A DNA stretch of 64,000 nucleotides, taken from the NCBI GenBank assembly GCA_964480945.1, contig CAYZRX010000008.1:4572-68571 (forward strand), written 5' to 3'. Below the pieces are notes generated by a model, which had not been told where the DNA came from, made no database searches, and saw only the letters and a list, made by a program, of their open reading frames with translations. Below are positions 1 to 9,722 of the stretch, piece after piece. How positions within the stretch are numbered: position 1 is the first letter of the stretch; every line of letters starts with the position of its first letter. The stretch comes from an uncultured Ignavibacteriaceae bacterium. GTDB taxonomy: Bacteria; Bacteroidota; Ignavibacteria; UBA10030. The position numbers were made by a program, and so were the translations under genes.

Positions 1-312
1 GCTTCCGCGCGGTCGAGCTCATCTTTAAGCGCGGCGCGCGACTTCTGCAAGATCCTTTTGTCCGTCGCAGCGAGATTGATGAGGTAGGTGTCGTGGACCA
101 CCACGGGATCGATGCTTGATTCCGACAAGAGCTTTTTGTAGGTTGAAATGTCATCTTCTGACAGCGGCTTGCCCTTCCATTGTGTGTTGTTCTTCACAAA
201 CATCTGCATCGTGGTGCAGCCAATTTTCATCGCTCGTTCGACAGCGGTGGGTACGCCGCCCGCAATGGACATGTGAGCGCCGAGAAGGATGGTGCGATCG
301 GATGATCGGGAC
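1..312 (-). CDS. nfo: Endonuclease IV (apurinic/apyrimidinic endonuclease); 3' end runs off the window edge
   Basis: Reverse-strand translation from the ATG at 312-310 gives MSRSSDRTILLGAHMSIAGGVPTAVERAMKIGCTTMQMFVKNNTQWKGKPLSEDDI...DTYLINLAATD. This matches the Nfo N-terminus (xylose-isomerase-like TIM barrel). Absent from the ORF track because it is truncated by the window. Confidence 0.8.
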
Positions 313-460
313 ATGGGATGATGTAAATGATCGAGAATCAAATAGCAAAATTACGGACCCAAAATCAATGTGAGAACAGTCTCTGGAATTGCGCCGCCGT
401 TCAACGTTCGCGATCCTGTCCTCTGATGCACTGTTCTGGTCTCTGCTTTTCGACCCCTGT

Positions 461-1639
461 ATGTCGATTCTCTCAGCCCTCCAAAAAAAGAAATCCAGAC
501 TTGTCGTCGGCCTGATGTCCGGGACGTCTGCCGACGGCATCGACGCCGCGCTCGTCCGCATCTCCGGCAAGGGCACCTCAACGCACATCGCCCAGCTTGC
601 GTCTGACACGTATCCGTATCCGGCGCGCCTTCGCAAGCTCATTCTTCAGAATTCGCTTCCCGGCAAAGGCAGCGTAGACGTGCTGTGCGATCTTAACATT
701 CTCATCGCTCATTTCTTCGCTGGTGCGGTCAGGAAGATCTCCCGAAAAGGCCGCGTAGGGCTCCCAGAAATCGATCTCATCGGATCGCACGGACAGACGG
801 TTCACCATCGTCCCGAGCCGAGGAGGATGTTCGGCAAAGCCCTCCGCTCAACTCTTCAAATCGGCGATCCTTCGACGATCGCCAAGCTCACCGGCATTCC
901 CACCGTCGGTGATTTCCGACTCGCTGATATGGCTGTCGGCGGTGAGGGAGCGCCGCTCGTTCCATTTTTCGATTTCCTGATGTTTCGCTCGAAGACCAAG
1001 AACCGTATCCTTCTGAATCTCGGCGGGATCGCTAATTTCACGGTCCTTCCAAAGAACTGCTCGATCACGCAGGTGCTGGCATTCGATACCGGTCCCGCGA
1101 ATATGCTGATCGATGCGCTGATGATGAAACTCTACGGAAAGAAAGAGGACACCGGCGGACGGATCGCGTTGAGAGGCTCGATCATCCCGGGGCTGCTCTT
1201 CGATCTCATGTCTCTTCCCTACTTCAAGCAGCGGCCGCCAAAGTCGACTGGGAGAGAGGTCTTTGGGCCGATGCTGCTCCCGAGAATAGTAAAGTACAAA
1301 GCCGGGTTGCGTCGAGAGGACTTGATTGCCAGCGTGACGGAACTGACAGCGTTTTCGGTCTTCGATCAATACAAACGCTTCGTAGCAGATCGGATGAATG
1401 TGGACGAAGTCCTCGTCAGCGGTGGGGGCGTGCACAACCGCGCCATTATGGAAGCTCTCAAGGACTATTTCCGGCCGGCCAACGTGCGACGGATTGAATC
1501 GACGGGCTTTTCATCCGATGCGAAAGAGGCAGTGTGCTTCGCGGTCCTTGCAAACGAAACGATCTCTGAACGACCGGGAAATCTTCCGGGCGTTACAGGA
1601 GCTGCGCGGCCAGTCGTTCTCGGCAAGATCTGCCTTTGA
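461..1639 (+). CDS. anmK: Anhydro-N-acetylmuramic acid kinase
   Basis: ORF 389-1639 contains LVVGLMSGTSADGIDAALV, the AnmK N-terminal ATP-binding motif. The likely start is the internal Met (MSILSALQKKKSRLVVGL). Confidence 0.85.
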   Translation: MSILSALQKKKSRLVVGLMSGTSADGIDAALVRISGKGTSTHIAQLASDTYPYPARLRKLILQNSLPGKGSVDVLCDLNILIAHFFAGAVRKISRKGRVGLPEIDLIGSHGQTVHHRPEPRRMFGKALRSTLQIGDPSTIAKLTGIPTVGDFRLADMAVGGEGAPLVPFFDFLMFRSKTKNRILLNLGGIANFTVLPKNCSITQVLAFDTGPANMLIDALMMKLYGKKEDTGGRIALRGSIIPGLLFDLMSLPYFKQRPPKSTGREVFGPMLLPRIVKYKAGLRREDLIASVTELTAFSVFDQYKRFVADRMNVDEVLVSGGGVHNRAIMEALKDYFRPANVRRIESTGFSSDAKEAVCFAVLANETISERPGNLPGVTGAARPVVLGKICL

Positions 1640-2850
1640 CGGGAGGTAAGCGGGACATTCCAATGGGCGTTCAGAGGGAAAAGCTTGTCGTGATGTTCAC
1701 GGTGTTCGTCGACGTGATCGGCATTGGCATCGTCATACCGATCCTGCCGTTCTACGTCGGCTCGTTCGGCGCCTCCCCGTTCGTCATAACGCTCCTGTTC
1801 GCCACGTACGCTTTCTGTTCCTTCCTCAGCAGCCCTCTGTTTGGGGCTCTCTCGGACAAGGTGGGCCGGCGGCCCCTTCTGATCGTGAGTATCTCCAGCA
1901 CCGCGCTGGGATGGTTCGTCTTTGCAGGCGCGTCGAGCATCCCGCTCCTCTTCCTCGGACGCATCATCGATGGCTCGGCCGCCGGAAACTTCACCGTAGC
2001 TCAAAGCTCTCTCGTCGATCTTGCCCGAAACGACAAGGAGCGTTCCGCCAATCTGGGACTTATCGGCGCGACCTTTGGGATCGGGTTGATGCTTGGACCG
2101 TTCCTCGGCGGGGTTCTGAGCACGGTATCGCATGCGTTCCCGTTCTGGTTCGTCGGCATCCTCGCAACGACAAACGCCATCCTGGCGTATTTTTTTCTGC
2201 CTGAGACGCACAAGCGGCGCGATTCGCAAGCGAAGCTTTCCTTCAATCCGCTGACCCCTCTGGCGCGCGCGGCTTTGAACGTGAATCTCCGCGGCCTGCT
2301 CATCAGCTGGATCCTCTTTGCACTCTCGATCGCCGCATCGCAGTCAATCTTCGCGTTGTACGGTCAGCATGCCTTTGGGTTTGATGCCCTGACAACGGGT
2401 CTGGTCTTTGCTTTAACAGGAATCTTTGCCGTGCTAAACCAAGCGGTGCTCTTGAAGCGTCTCTGGCTTCCTCATTTCACCGCAAAGCGACTGGAGGCTC
2501 TGATGATCGCGATGCTCGGAATGAGTTTCCTGGTCATGGGTTTGCGCGTGATGTCTCTGTTCATCCTCGCGCTTCCGTTCTTCGCCACCAGCCAGTCCGT
2601 CCTCCGGGTCGTCGTGACGAGCCAGGTCGCGGGGAGGGCCGATCCATTGATGAAGGGCGAGGCCATCGGCATCCTTTCCTCCCTGATGTCTGCCTGCATG
2701 ATCATCGGGCCGATTCTCTCCGGGGCCCTGTTCGAGTTGCACGACAGCCTTCCTTACCTTGGCGCAACGGCGGTCATGGCGCTCTCACTCACAATCGCTC
2801 TAAGGTTTCGACGTCCCCCCGCCCATCGTTCTTCCGAGGCTCAGGCTTGA
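1636..2850 (+). CDS. MFS transporter (DHA1/Tet-like drug:H+ antiporter family)
   Basis: 404 aa with about 12 predicted TM helices. It has the MFS signatures GRIIDGSAAGN and LSDKVGRRPLL. Its start overlaps the anmK stop, so the two are probably co-transcribed. Confidence 0.8.
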   Translation: MTGGKRDIPMGVQREKLVVMFTVFVDVIGIGIVIPILPFYVGSFGASPFVITLLFATYAFCSFLSSPLFGALSDKVGRRPLLIVSISSTALGWFVFAGASSIPLLFLGRIIDGSAAGNFTVAQSSLVDLARNDKERSANLGLIGATFGIGLMLGPFLGGVLSTVSHAFPFWFVGILATTNAILAYFFLPETHKRRDSQAKLSFNPLTPLARAALNVNLRGLLISWILFALSIAASQSIFALYGQHAFGFDALTTGLVFALTGIFAVLNQAVLLKRLWLPHFTAKRLEALMIAMLGMSFLVMGLRVMSLFILALPFFATSQSVLRVVVTSQVAGRADPLMKGEAIGILSSLMSACMIIGPILSGALFELHDSLPYLGATAVMALSLTIALRFRRPPAHRSSEAQA

Positions 2851-2875
2851 TGCAGGGCTGGATCAGCGGGGTCCT

Positions 2876-2918
2876 CCAAAAACAGAAAAGCCCGAACCCT
2901 CTCTGTAGGATTCGGGCT
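2876..2918. terminator. Bidirectional Rho-independent terminator between the convergent MFS and TPR genes
   Basis: Hairpin AGCCCGAA...(14-nt loop)...TTCGGGCT. On the minus strand it is followed by TTTTCTGTTTTT. Confidence 0.5.
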
Positions 2919-2938
2919 TCTGCCTCGCAACAGGATGC

Positions 2939-3742
2939 TCATTCCCCTTTGATCTCATCGAGAAGCTCTTGCGCTTCCGTTCGGAATTGAGCGTCATCTT
3001 CGTCGAGCGTGGGCAGCGTTTTAATGGCGTCAAGGTGCGCGCGGGCCTTGTCGTATTCCTCAAGCTCAATGTAGGCGCGGGCGCAGTCAATGCGGTACAT
3101 GATGAAATCCGGCCTCAGCGCGATCGCCTTCTCATAATTCTTCACCGCATCGTCCAGGTTTGCCCAGCCGAGCCCTAACGGCCAGCGGATGATCCTCGGC
3201 TTTTCGCTCACCTTCATATGCGTCCGACCGAGAACGTAGTACGCGCTTGCGTTCGTCGAATCCAGAACGATTGCTTTCTCGCAGTCGGCCCTCGTCTGTT
3301 TGACCAGATCGAGCGACTCCCACACTCCTTTGAAGAGCGCGATGCGGCCATTAGCGATCGCTCTCCTTGCAAAGCCCATCGAACCATTCGGATTCGCGGC
3401 AACAGCCTTGATGGCAAACTCAAGGGCCTTCTCATACGTTTGAAGCTGCTGGCTCTTTTCCTGATCGTTCTTCGCAGGTTGGTGCTCCCCGATGTCGATG
3501 TACGCCCGGCTGATTCGCCAGAGGGCCTCATAGTTGGTCGTATCCAGCGCGAGTGCTGCCTGGTAGGTCTCGAGAGCTTTTCGGTTGTCGAAGGTCTGCT
3601 CGGCGTACACGTCCCCCTGAGCGAGAAGCTGTTGGACACGAGATGAGTCGGGGGAAGCCGCGAAAGCGCGTGGGACCGAAAAAATAGCAAAGAAACAGGA
3701 AGAGAGGATGAACGCCAATCCCGATCGAAGGGTAGTTTTCAC
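2939..3742 (-). CDS. Secreted tetratricopeptide-repeat (TPR) protein
   Basis: ORF 2939-3958 with a signal peptide (LRSGLAFILSSCFFAIFSVPRAFAA). Repeated TPR-like helices follow (YEKALEF, ARAYIELEEYDKARAHLDAIK). The true start is probably the GTG at 3742 or the Met at 3853; the upstream extension is doubtful. Confidence 0.65.
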   Translation of the reverse strand: MKTTLRSGLAFILSSCFFAIFSVPRAFAASPDSSRVQQLLAQGDVYAEQTFDNRKALETYQAALALDTTNYEALWRISRAYIDIGEHQPAKNDQEKSQQLQTYEKALEFAIKAVAANPNGSMGFARRAIANGRIALFKGVWESLDLVKQTRADCEKAIVLDSTNASAYYVLGRTHMKVSEKPRIIRWPLGLGWANLDDAVKNYEKAIALRPDFIMYRIDCARAYIELEEYDKARAHLDAIKTLPTLDEDDAQFRTEAQELLDEIKGE

Positions 3743-4058
3743 TGTGGTGCTCTCCCGTGTTGTGGGAAAATGGTGAGGTGCCCAGCTGGGCAAAGCGACT
3801 GTGGGACACTGCGTATGGTCGAAATGCGAACTGCATACTCGTGCCGCTTCCATAGAGTGATTCTGTGTTTGTCGATAACGCGACTGCAAATGGAAACGAG
3901 CACTACTGCCTTTTGGGAAAGGGCTCAGACAAGAAACACAAGATTTTCCCGCAACCATAAAGAACTAAAAACAGCGGGATCTCCCGCTTTCTGGATTCCG
4001 CTCCCAAGGCGGGATTCTGAACAGCGGAACCGTTCAGCGGGACTTTCTCGAGGTGGCT

Positions 4059-4640
4059 CTAGGATGTGTGCGAACGGAGCTTCTGAATCTCATCGCGGAT
4101 CTTTGCCGCTTTCTCGTAATCCTCTTTCGTAATGGCTTCCAGAAGTTGTTGCTGGAGCTGTTCGAGTCGCGACGCCTTGGGCTTCGGCTGATCGGTCTCC
4201 GGTTCGGAGGGACCCGGCGACGGAATCTTGTCCGCCTCTTCGTTCTCCGGCATGAACGCTGCCTCATCCATGACCTTGTCCGCCACAAAGATCGGCACCC
4301 CGTAGCGAACGGCAAGCGCGATCGCATCGCTCGGTCTCGAATCGATCTCCTGAGAGTCCATGCTCAGCTTCGCGTAGAACGTCCCGTCGCGCAGCTCGTT
4401 GATGAACACGTCGTTGAGGCTCACCCCGAGCGTGTCCATCACGTTCTTGAGGAGGTCATGCGTTAAAGGCCGGGGAGGTTTGATTCCTTCCATCTCGAGG
4501 GCGATCGATTGCGCCTCGAATGCCCCAATGATGATCGGCAGCCGGCGGGGTCCGTTAATCTCCTTCAGGATCAGCGCATACGCGCCGCCGCTCGACGGGC
4601 TGGTGGACAATCCGAGAATATCGACTTGAATCCTCTCCAC
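4059..4640 (-). CDS. Bifunctional nuclease (BFN/DUF151) with C-terminal UVR motif
   Basis: The N-terminal half (MERIQVDILGLS...AYALILKE...PIIIGAFEAQSIA...RPLTHDL) matches the DUF151 bifunctional nuclease fold. The C-terminus has a UvrB/UvrC-type UVR helix (EAITKEDYEKAAKIRDEIQKL). Confidence 0.7.
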   Translation of the reverse strand: MERIQVDILGLSTSPSSGGAYALILKEINGPRRLPIIIGAFEAQSIALEMEGIKPPRPLTHDLLKNVMDTLGVSLNDVFINELRDGTFYAKLSMDSQEIDSRPSDAIALAVRYGVPIFVADKVMDEAAFMPENEEADKIPSPGPSEPETDQPKPKASRLEQLQQQLLEAITKEDYEKAAKIRDEIQKLRSHTS

Positions 4641-4669
4641 AGAACCTCTTTCGTACTACTTACACGACG

Positions 4670-5653
4670 TTAGCTTTTGCCAAGCAGTTTCTTGACCTCT
4701 GCCGTCAGCACCGGAACAACCTCGAACGCGTCCCCCACGATACCGTACGTTGCCACCTGAAAGATCGGCGCGTCCTTGTCTTTGTTGACAGCTACAATAT
4801 ACTTCGAAGAAGACATTCCCGCAAGGTGTTGGATGGCGCCGGACACAGCCACCGCGATGTAAAGAGATGGAGAGACCGTCTTACCCGTTTGTCCCACTTG
4901 TTCCTCATGAGGACGCCATCCGGCATCCACGACGGCTCGTGAAGCACCGACAGCACCGCCGAGCACTTCCGCCAGTTGTTCGATCATCGCGAAATTCTCC
5001 GGTCCCTTCAAGCCCCTGCCGCCGCTCACAATGATATCCGCTTCGGCAACGTCGAGCTTGCCGGACGATTGCTTGATCTCCTTCACGTGAGAGGCAAAGT
5101 CTGCTTCCTCAAGCGCGAGCGCGATTTTCTCTGTCGGCGCTGCCGTCCCGTCGCTCGTGCCCGAGCTGAAGACGTTCGGTCGAAGGGTCAGCACGTTCAC
5201 CGCCGCGTTCAATTTCACATCGATGAGCGCCTTGCCGGCATACACAGGCCGTGTTGCGATGAGTGCCCCTCCCTCCATCTTGATTTCCGTGCAGTCGACG
5301 GCGAGGCCCGCATCAAGTTTCACCGCGACGCGCGGCGCCAGGTCCTTGCCCATAGCAGTAGCGGGGATGACAACCAGTGTCGCTTGCTGCGATCGGGCGA
5401 CCTCGGCCACGATCTTTGCGTAGGCGGTAGGGGAGTAGAACTGGAGCCGGGGATCTTCCGCAACGAGCACCTTCCGGGCGCCGTATCCACCCAAGGAGGG
5501 CGCAACGGATTGAACGGCCGAGCCGACCACCAACGCCACGACCTCTCCGCCCGCGTCACCGGCCAGTGTTTGTGCAGTCTTGACCGCTTCAAACGCCGGC
5601 TTCTTGAACTTGTTGTCGCGTTGCTCTGCAAATATGAGGATCTTCATGGCCAA
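4670..5653 (-). CDS. etfA: Electron transfer flavoprotein alpha subunit
   Basis: 327 aa with the EtfA FAD-binding C-terminal region ([15 protein letters not shown]...[20 protein letters not shown]). Confidence 0.9.
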   Translation of the reverse strand: MAMKILIFAEQRDNKFKKPAFEAVKTAQTLAGDAGGEVVALVVGSAVQSVAPSLGGYGARKVLVAEDPRLQFYSPTAYAKIVAEVARSQQATLVVIPATAMGKDLAPRVAVKLDAGLAVDCTEIKMEGGALIATRPVYAGKALIDVKLNAAVNVLTLRPNVFSSGTSDGTAAPTEKIALALEEADFASHVKEIKQSSGKLDVAEADIIVSGGRGLKGPENFAMIEQLAEVLGGAVGASRAVVDAGWRPHEEQVGQTGKTVSPSLYIAVAVSGAIQHLAGMSSSKYIVAVNKDKDAPIFQVATYGIVGDAFEVVPVLTAEVKKLLGKS

Positions 5654-5731
5654 GAACGATGAAAATGAGAGATTGACAATTGAGTATTTCCAAGCACGGC
5701 GGGGCCCCGACGACTGGGCCGGGATACCTCC

Positions 5732-6478
5732 TTAGATCACCTTCGCTTCTTCATGCAGCAGTCGGACCAATTCGGGCACCGCGCTCGCGTCGGTTCCGAC
5801 AATCCTACCGGCCGGCTTCGCAGGCGGCTTTCGCATTGCGACCGTCTCCACCTTCGGCTGAACAGCGGATGCCGGGCGCTCCTCGATCGGCTTACTCTTT
5901 GCCGCCATAATGCCTTTGAGCGAAGGATACCGCGGTTCGTTCAACCCCTTCTGCGCAGTGAAAACTGCTGGAAGCTTCGTCTCTGCAACCTCATGTCCTC
6001 CCTCGATCTCGCGCTCCGCAATGGCCTTGCCCTCCGCAAGTTCAAGCTTCACCACAACGGAAACCGAAGGAAGGCCCAGCATCTCGGCAACCATCACTCC
6101 CACGGCAGAACCATCGTAGTCGACGGTTTGCTTCCCGAAAAAGATCACATCCGGCGAAAGCTCTTTCAGATAGTCGGCCAGGCCGCGTGCGACCGCAAAC
6201 GAATCCCGGACCGAGTCATCCTTGAGCAACACCCCTTTGTCAACGCCCATCGCGAACGCTTTTCGGAGGCTCTCCTTGTGCACGTCGCTCCCCAGCGAGA
6301 TGACGGTCACTTCTCCACCGTTCTTTTCCTTCAGCCGGAGGCACTCTTCGATGGCAAACTCATCGTACGGGTTGATCACATAGGTCACCCCCGCTTTGTC
6401 GATGGTCTTTCCATCGGGGCCGACGTTCACCTTCGTTGCAGTGTCCGGCACATGGTTGATGCAGGCAGCCAGTTTCAT
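5732..6478 (-). CDS. etfB: Electron transfer flavoprotein beta subunit
   Basis: 248 aa starting MKLAACINHVPDTATKVNV...VINPYDEFAIEECLRLKEK, the EtfB signature. It sits immediately upstream of etfA on the same strand. Confidence 0.9.
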   Translation of the reverse strand: MKLAACINHVPDTATKVNVGPDGKTIDKAGVTYVINPYDEFAIEECLRLKEKNGGEVTVISLGSDVHKESLRKAFAMGVDKGVLLKDDSVRDSFAVARGLADYLKELSPDVIFFGKQTVDYDGSAVGVMVAEMLGLPSVSVVVKLELAEGKAIAEREIEGGHEVAETKLPAVFTAQKGLNEPRYPSLKGIMAAKSKPIEERPASAVQPKVETVAMRKPPAKPAGRIVGTDASAVPELVRLLHEEAKVI

Positions 6479-6629
6479 AGTGTGTTCAGATTCCGGATAT
6501 GTGAGTGCGAATTCAAGGGCTTATCGAAAGACTGAAACAACTGCGGTGAATAGTATAAAAGAAATTCGAGAGCATCAAGCAGAAATTGGTCTCGTACCTC
6601 TGATTCATCATGCTGCCAGTTGACCAGCC

Positions 6630-7577
6630 TCACAGGATTTTTTTCAAGACCGCCGGATCGACGTTCCCTCCGCTAATGATCGCACAGATCTTCTTGCCGG
6701 AGAGATTGAGAGCATTATGGAACACCGCTGCGGGCGCCACCGCTCCCGTCGGCTCGACAACGATCTTCATCCGCTCCAGGAAAAACCGCATCATGTCGAT
6801 CACTTGCTCGTCGGAAACGGTGATGACATCATCGACGTACTTGAGGATGATTTCGAAATTCCTCCTGCCGACGGCCTGTGTTCTCATCCCATCGGCGATC
6901 GTCTTTGGCGGACTGATGCGGACGATTTCTTTCTTCCGGAAGGATTGATAGCAGTCGTTGGCAGGTTCTGTCTCAACGCCGATCACTTTCGCCTTTGGAA
7001 ACAGGTGTTTTGCAGCAAGAGCATTGCCGGCAATCAAGCCGCCACCGCCGACGGGGACAAAGAGGTAGTCGAGATCCTTCACCTCCTGTGCGATCTCGAT
7101 CGTCACTGTCCCCTGGCCTGCGATGATTTTCTCATCGTCAAACGGGGGTACCAGGATGTACCCGTGTTGCTCCTCCAGGACCTTTGCCACACGTTCACGG
7201 TCATCGGAGGAGTCCTCGCAGAACACCACCTCAGCCCCGTACCCCTTCGTGCCCGCTACCTTGTTGGGCGGGGAGCCCTTCGGCATCACCACCGTCGCTT
7301 TCGTGCCCAGAAGTCTTGCGGCCAGCGCAACCCCCTGTGCGTGATTGCCTGATGAGTGGGCCACAACGCCACGCTTCCGTTCGTCAGCTGTCAAGGAGTG
7401 GATTTTGTTATACGCGCCCCGAATCTTAAACGCGCCGATTCGCTGCAGATTTTCCGCTTTGAAGAGAACTTCGTTGCTTGTTGTTTGGTCGAGGGTTCGC
7501 GATGTGAGCAGCGGCGTCTTATGAACCACGCCGGTGAGCACCTCGGACGCGCGTTCGATGTCCTGAAAGCTGATCAT
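6630..7577 (-). CDS. Threonine/serine dehydratase (PLP-dependent, fold type II; no ACT domain)
   Basis: 315 aa with the PLP-lysine motif (FKAENLQRIGAFKIRGAYNKI) and a glycine-rich loop (VPVGGGGLIAG). Catabolic-type. Confidence 0.8.
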   Translation of the reverse strand: MISFQDIERASEVLTGVVHKTPLLTSRTLDQTTSNEVLFKAENLQRIGAFKIRGAYNKIHSLTADERKRGVVAHSSGNHAQGVALAARLLGTKATVVMPKGSPPNKVAGTKGYGAEVVFCEDSSDDRERVAKVLEEQHGYILVPPFDDEKIIAGQGTVTIEIAQEVKDLDYLFVPVGGGGLIAGNALAAKHLFPKAKVIGVETEPANDCYQSFRKKEIVRISPPKTIADGMRTQAVGRRNFEIILKYVDDVITVSDEQVIDMMRFFLERMKIVVEPTGAVAPAAVFHNALNLSGKKICAIISGGNVDPAVLKKIL

Positions 7578-7682
7578 TCCTGAAAAAATGTAGAAAAAAT
7601 GAGGCTGATTGACAAGAGAAATCTCTCCGCGAAAGTTCTTGCTTCTTCAGCCATCGTTGCGTAAAGTTTCTCCAACTAAAGC

Positions 7683-7970
7683 ATGAAACCTATCCGGCAG
7701 AAAGATATCGACGAGCTCTATTGGGCGATTGTCCGCCTCGAGAGTGTGGACGAATGCCGTAGATTCTTCCGCGATCTCTTGACCGAGACGGAGATCCGCG
7801 AGCTCGCAGGACGATGGAAGGCCGCGCAAATGCTCTCGCGCGGCGTTCCCTACACGACGATCGCACGCGAGACAGGAATGAGCTCCCGCACCATCGCCCG
7901 CGTGCACAAGTGGCTCAAACAAGGCAAGGGTGGCTTCACGATGATGCTCCGAAGGACCGAACCTCCGTGA
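7683..7970 (+). CDS. TrpR-like YerC/YecD family DNA-binding protein
   Basis: 95 aa; DELYWAIVRLESVDECRRFFRDLLTETEIRELAGRWKAAQML...YTTIARETGMSSRTIARV matches the YerC/YecD Trp-repressor-like family. Confidence 0.7.
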   Translation: MKPIRQKDIDELYWAIVRLESVDECRRFFRDLLTETEIRELAGRWKAAQMLSRGVPYTTIARETGMSSRTIARVHKWLKQGKGGFTMMLRRTEPP

Positions 7971-8448
7971 TCGATGTCTCCGCACGTTGAATCTCTCTTG
8001 ATGTAACCCCGATAGCAATCCTCGAATGCAAACGGCGTAGTGAGTCGCCGGACGCACGTCGTTTGACCTCCCCTTCGTTGGACCATGCGATGGAAGGGGA
8101 GCTTTGAAAAACACCCCACGCCCGTGCATGTGACTACCACGCACGCCCCTTACATCGAACAGTCGTTGCACCCCTTCTTTTCGCCTCTTTTGATCGTTCA
8201 CGCGTTTCGGAGAAAGACCGATCGGGAACGGCAAATCATTCCACCGTTGCGGTGAGACCGCTCTATACCGACGGCAGAAGACTTCCTCCGCTTCGTGCAA
8301 ACTACAGTGTAGGTGGTGATGACTTTCGGCAGGTGCTCCCGCGCATCTGATGTTTCTGCCCGGTGGTGAAGAATTCAGGCTGAGGTCGCCGGGGCAAGAG
8401 TTTGAAACAGGAAGGGAGCTGAGAATCAAGAGTGAGCGGACGGTGTTC

Positions 8449-8841
8449 TCACTCTTTGTGGACGAACTCGTGGCCGGCTTTCTGAAGCGCCTGTACGGCA
8501 TTGACGAGTTGCTCCTCCATGACAAAGACGTAGTCCGTGGTGAACGTGCTGATGGCGAAGACAGAGATGTTCGCCTCCGCGAGGGGTTGTGTAATCGACG
8601 CCAGGACACCCACCTCCTGCAGTTTCATTTCTCCCTCAACCTTGAGACACCGCCAGCCAAGCTCCTGCTGCACATTGTTCGGCGCCATAAAATCGGGGCA
8701 AACGATGCAGAGCTCCTCGTCGGTCCGGAGAATGAAGCACATCTCGCATTTCGCGAGGATTGCCGGGATCTCACCAAACTGGGGAAGCTTGTTGATGGTG
8801 AAGGTGTCGTTCAACAGATGGAGAGCGAGGGTTCTCGCCAT
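8449..8841 (-). CDS. ACT domain-containing protein
   Basis: ORF 8449-8955; the probable start is the internal Met (MARTLALHL...). The C-terminal part (VGVLASITQPLAEANISVFAISTFTTDYVFV) is a regulatory ACT fold. Confidence 0.55.
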   Translation of the reverse strand: MARTLALHLLNDTFTINKLPQFGEIPAILAKCEMCFILRTDEELCIVCPDFMAPNNVQQELGWRCLKVEGEMKLQEVGVLASITQPLAEANISVFAISTFTTDYVFVMEEQLVNAVQALQKAGHEFVHKE

Positions 8842-9006
8842 GACGGAAACCTGTTGGAAGAGAGACGGCGCTCCTTGTGCGTGATCCATACAAATGTACC
8901 ACATATCGCGCTCCCTCGCAAGTTTTCTCCGCCAGAACGTTGAAGGTCGTGACAAAATTCAGTAGCTTCTCGGGCAACGTTTTGACCCCCTCAAGGACCT
9001 CCGCGC

Positions 9007-9678
9007 ATGGACACCACAAAGGCAGCGCTTCTGGTCGGTGCAAGCGGGCTTGTCGGCGGGCACCTTCTGCAGCTCCTGCTGCATGAACAGCGGTACAAGC
9101 CGGTCGAGGTCCTTGTGCGCAGAAGTCTGTCGATTCGTGATCCTCAATTGAACGAGCACATCATTGATTTTGACCACCTCGACCGGAACGCAGAGCTCTT
9201 CCGTGCGGACGATGTGTTTTGCTGCCTCGGCACCACGATCAGGACCGCGGGCTCGCAGGAGGCCTTTCGAAAGGTCGATTTTACCTATGTCGTGCAAGCT
9301 GCGGCCCTGGCGTCAAAGAATGGGGTGAAGCAGTTTCTTCTCGTTTCGTCGCTCGGGGCAAACCCCCGATCCAGAGCCTTTTACAGCCGCGTGAAGGGTG
9401 AAGTCGAAGAGGCCGTTTCAAAACTTCCGTTTCGTGGCGTGCATATTTTCCGTCCGTCGTTCCTGCTCGGCGAACGGGAAGAAAGGCGCCGGGGCGAGAG
9501 GGTCGCAATTATGCTCGTGAAACTGCTCCAGCCGCTGATGATCGCCGGCTGGAAAAGGCTCCGGCCGATTCACGCAAGGACGGTCGCAGCAGCGATGGTT
9601 CGGGTGGCGGGAATGAACAAGCAGGGCGTCAACATTTTCGAATCGGATCAAATTCAGATCCTGGGATCGTCGCACTAA
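9007..9678 (+). CDS. NAD(P)H-binding oxidoreductase (atypical SDR, YraR/HTATIP2-like)
   Basis: 223 aa with an N-terminal Rossmann motif (ALLVGASGLVGGHLL) and a NAD-dependent epimerase/dehydratase-like fold. Confidence 0.7.
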   Translation: MDTTKAALLVGASGLVGGHLLQLLLHEQRYKPVEVLVRRSLSIRDPQLNEHIIDFDHLDRNAELFRADDVFCCLGTTIRTAGSQEAFRKVDFTYVVQAAALASKNGVKQFLLVSSLGANPRSRAFYSRVKGEVEEAVSKLPFRGVHIFRPSFLLGEREERRRGERVAIMLVKLLQPLMIAGWKRLRPIHARTVAAAMVRVAGMNKQGVNIFESDQIQILGSSH

Positions 9679-9722
9679 ACTCAATTTCACACTTTCTCAC
9701 AGACCATAGGGCCAGAATAACA

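Noticed and set aside
116-642. Forward ORF 116-373 and reverse ORF 151-642 at the window start
   Set aside because: Both overlap a clearly recognisable endonuclease IV coding frame on the minus strand (1-312). They are alternative-frame artefacts of high GC content.
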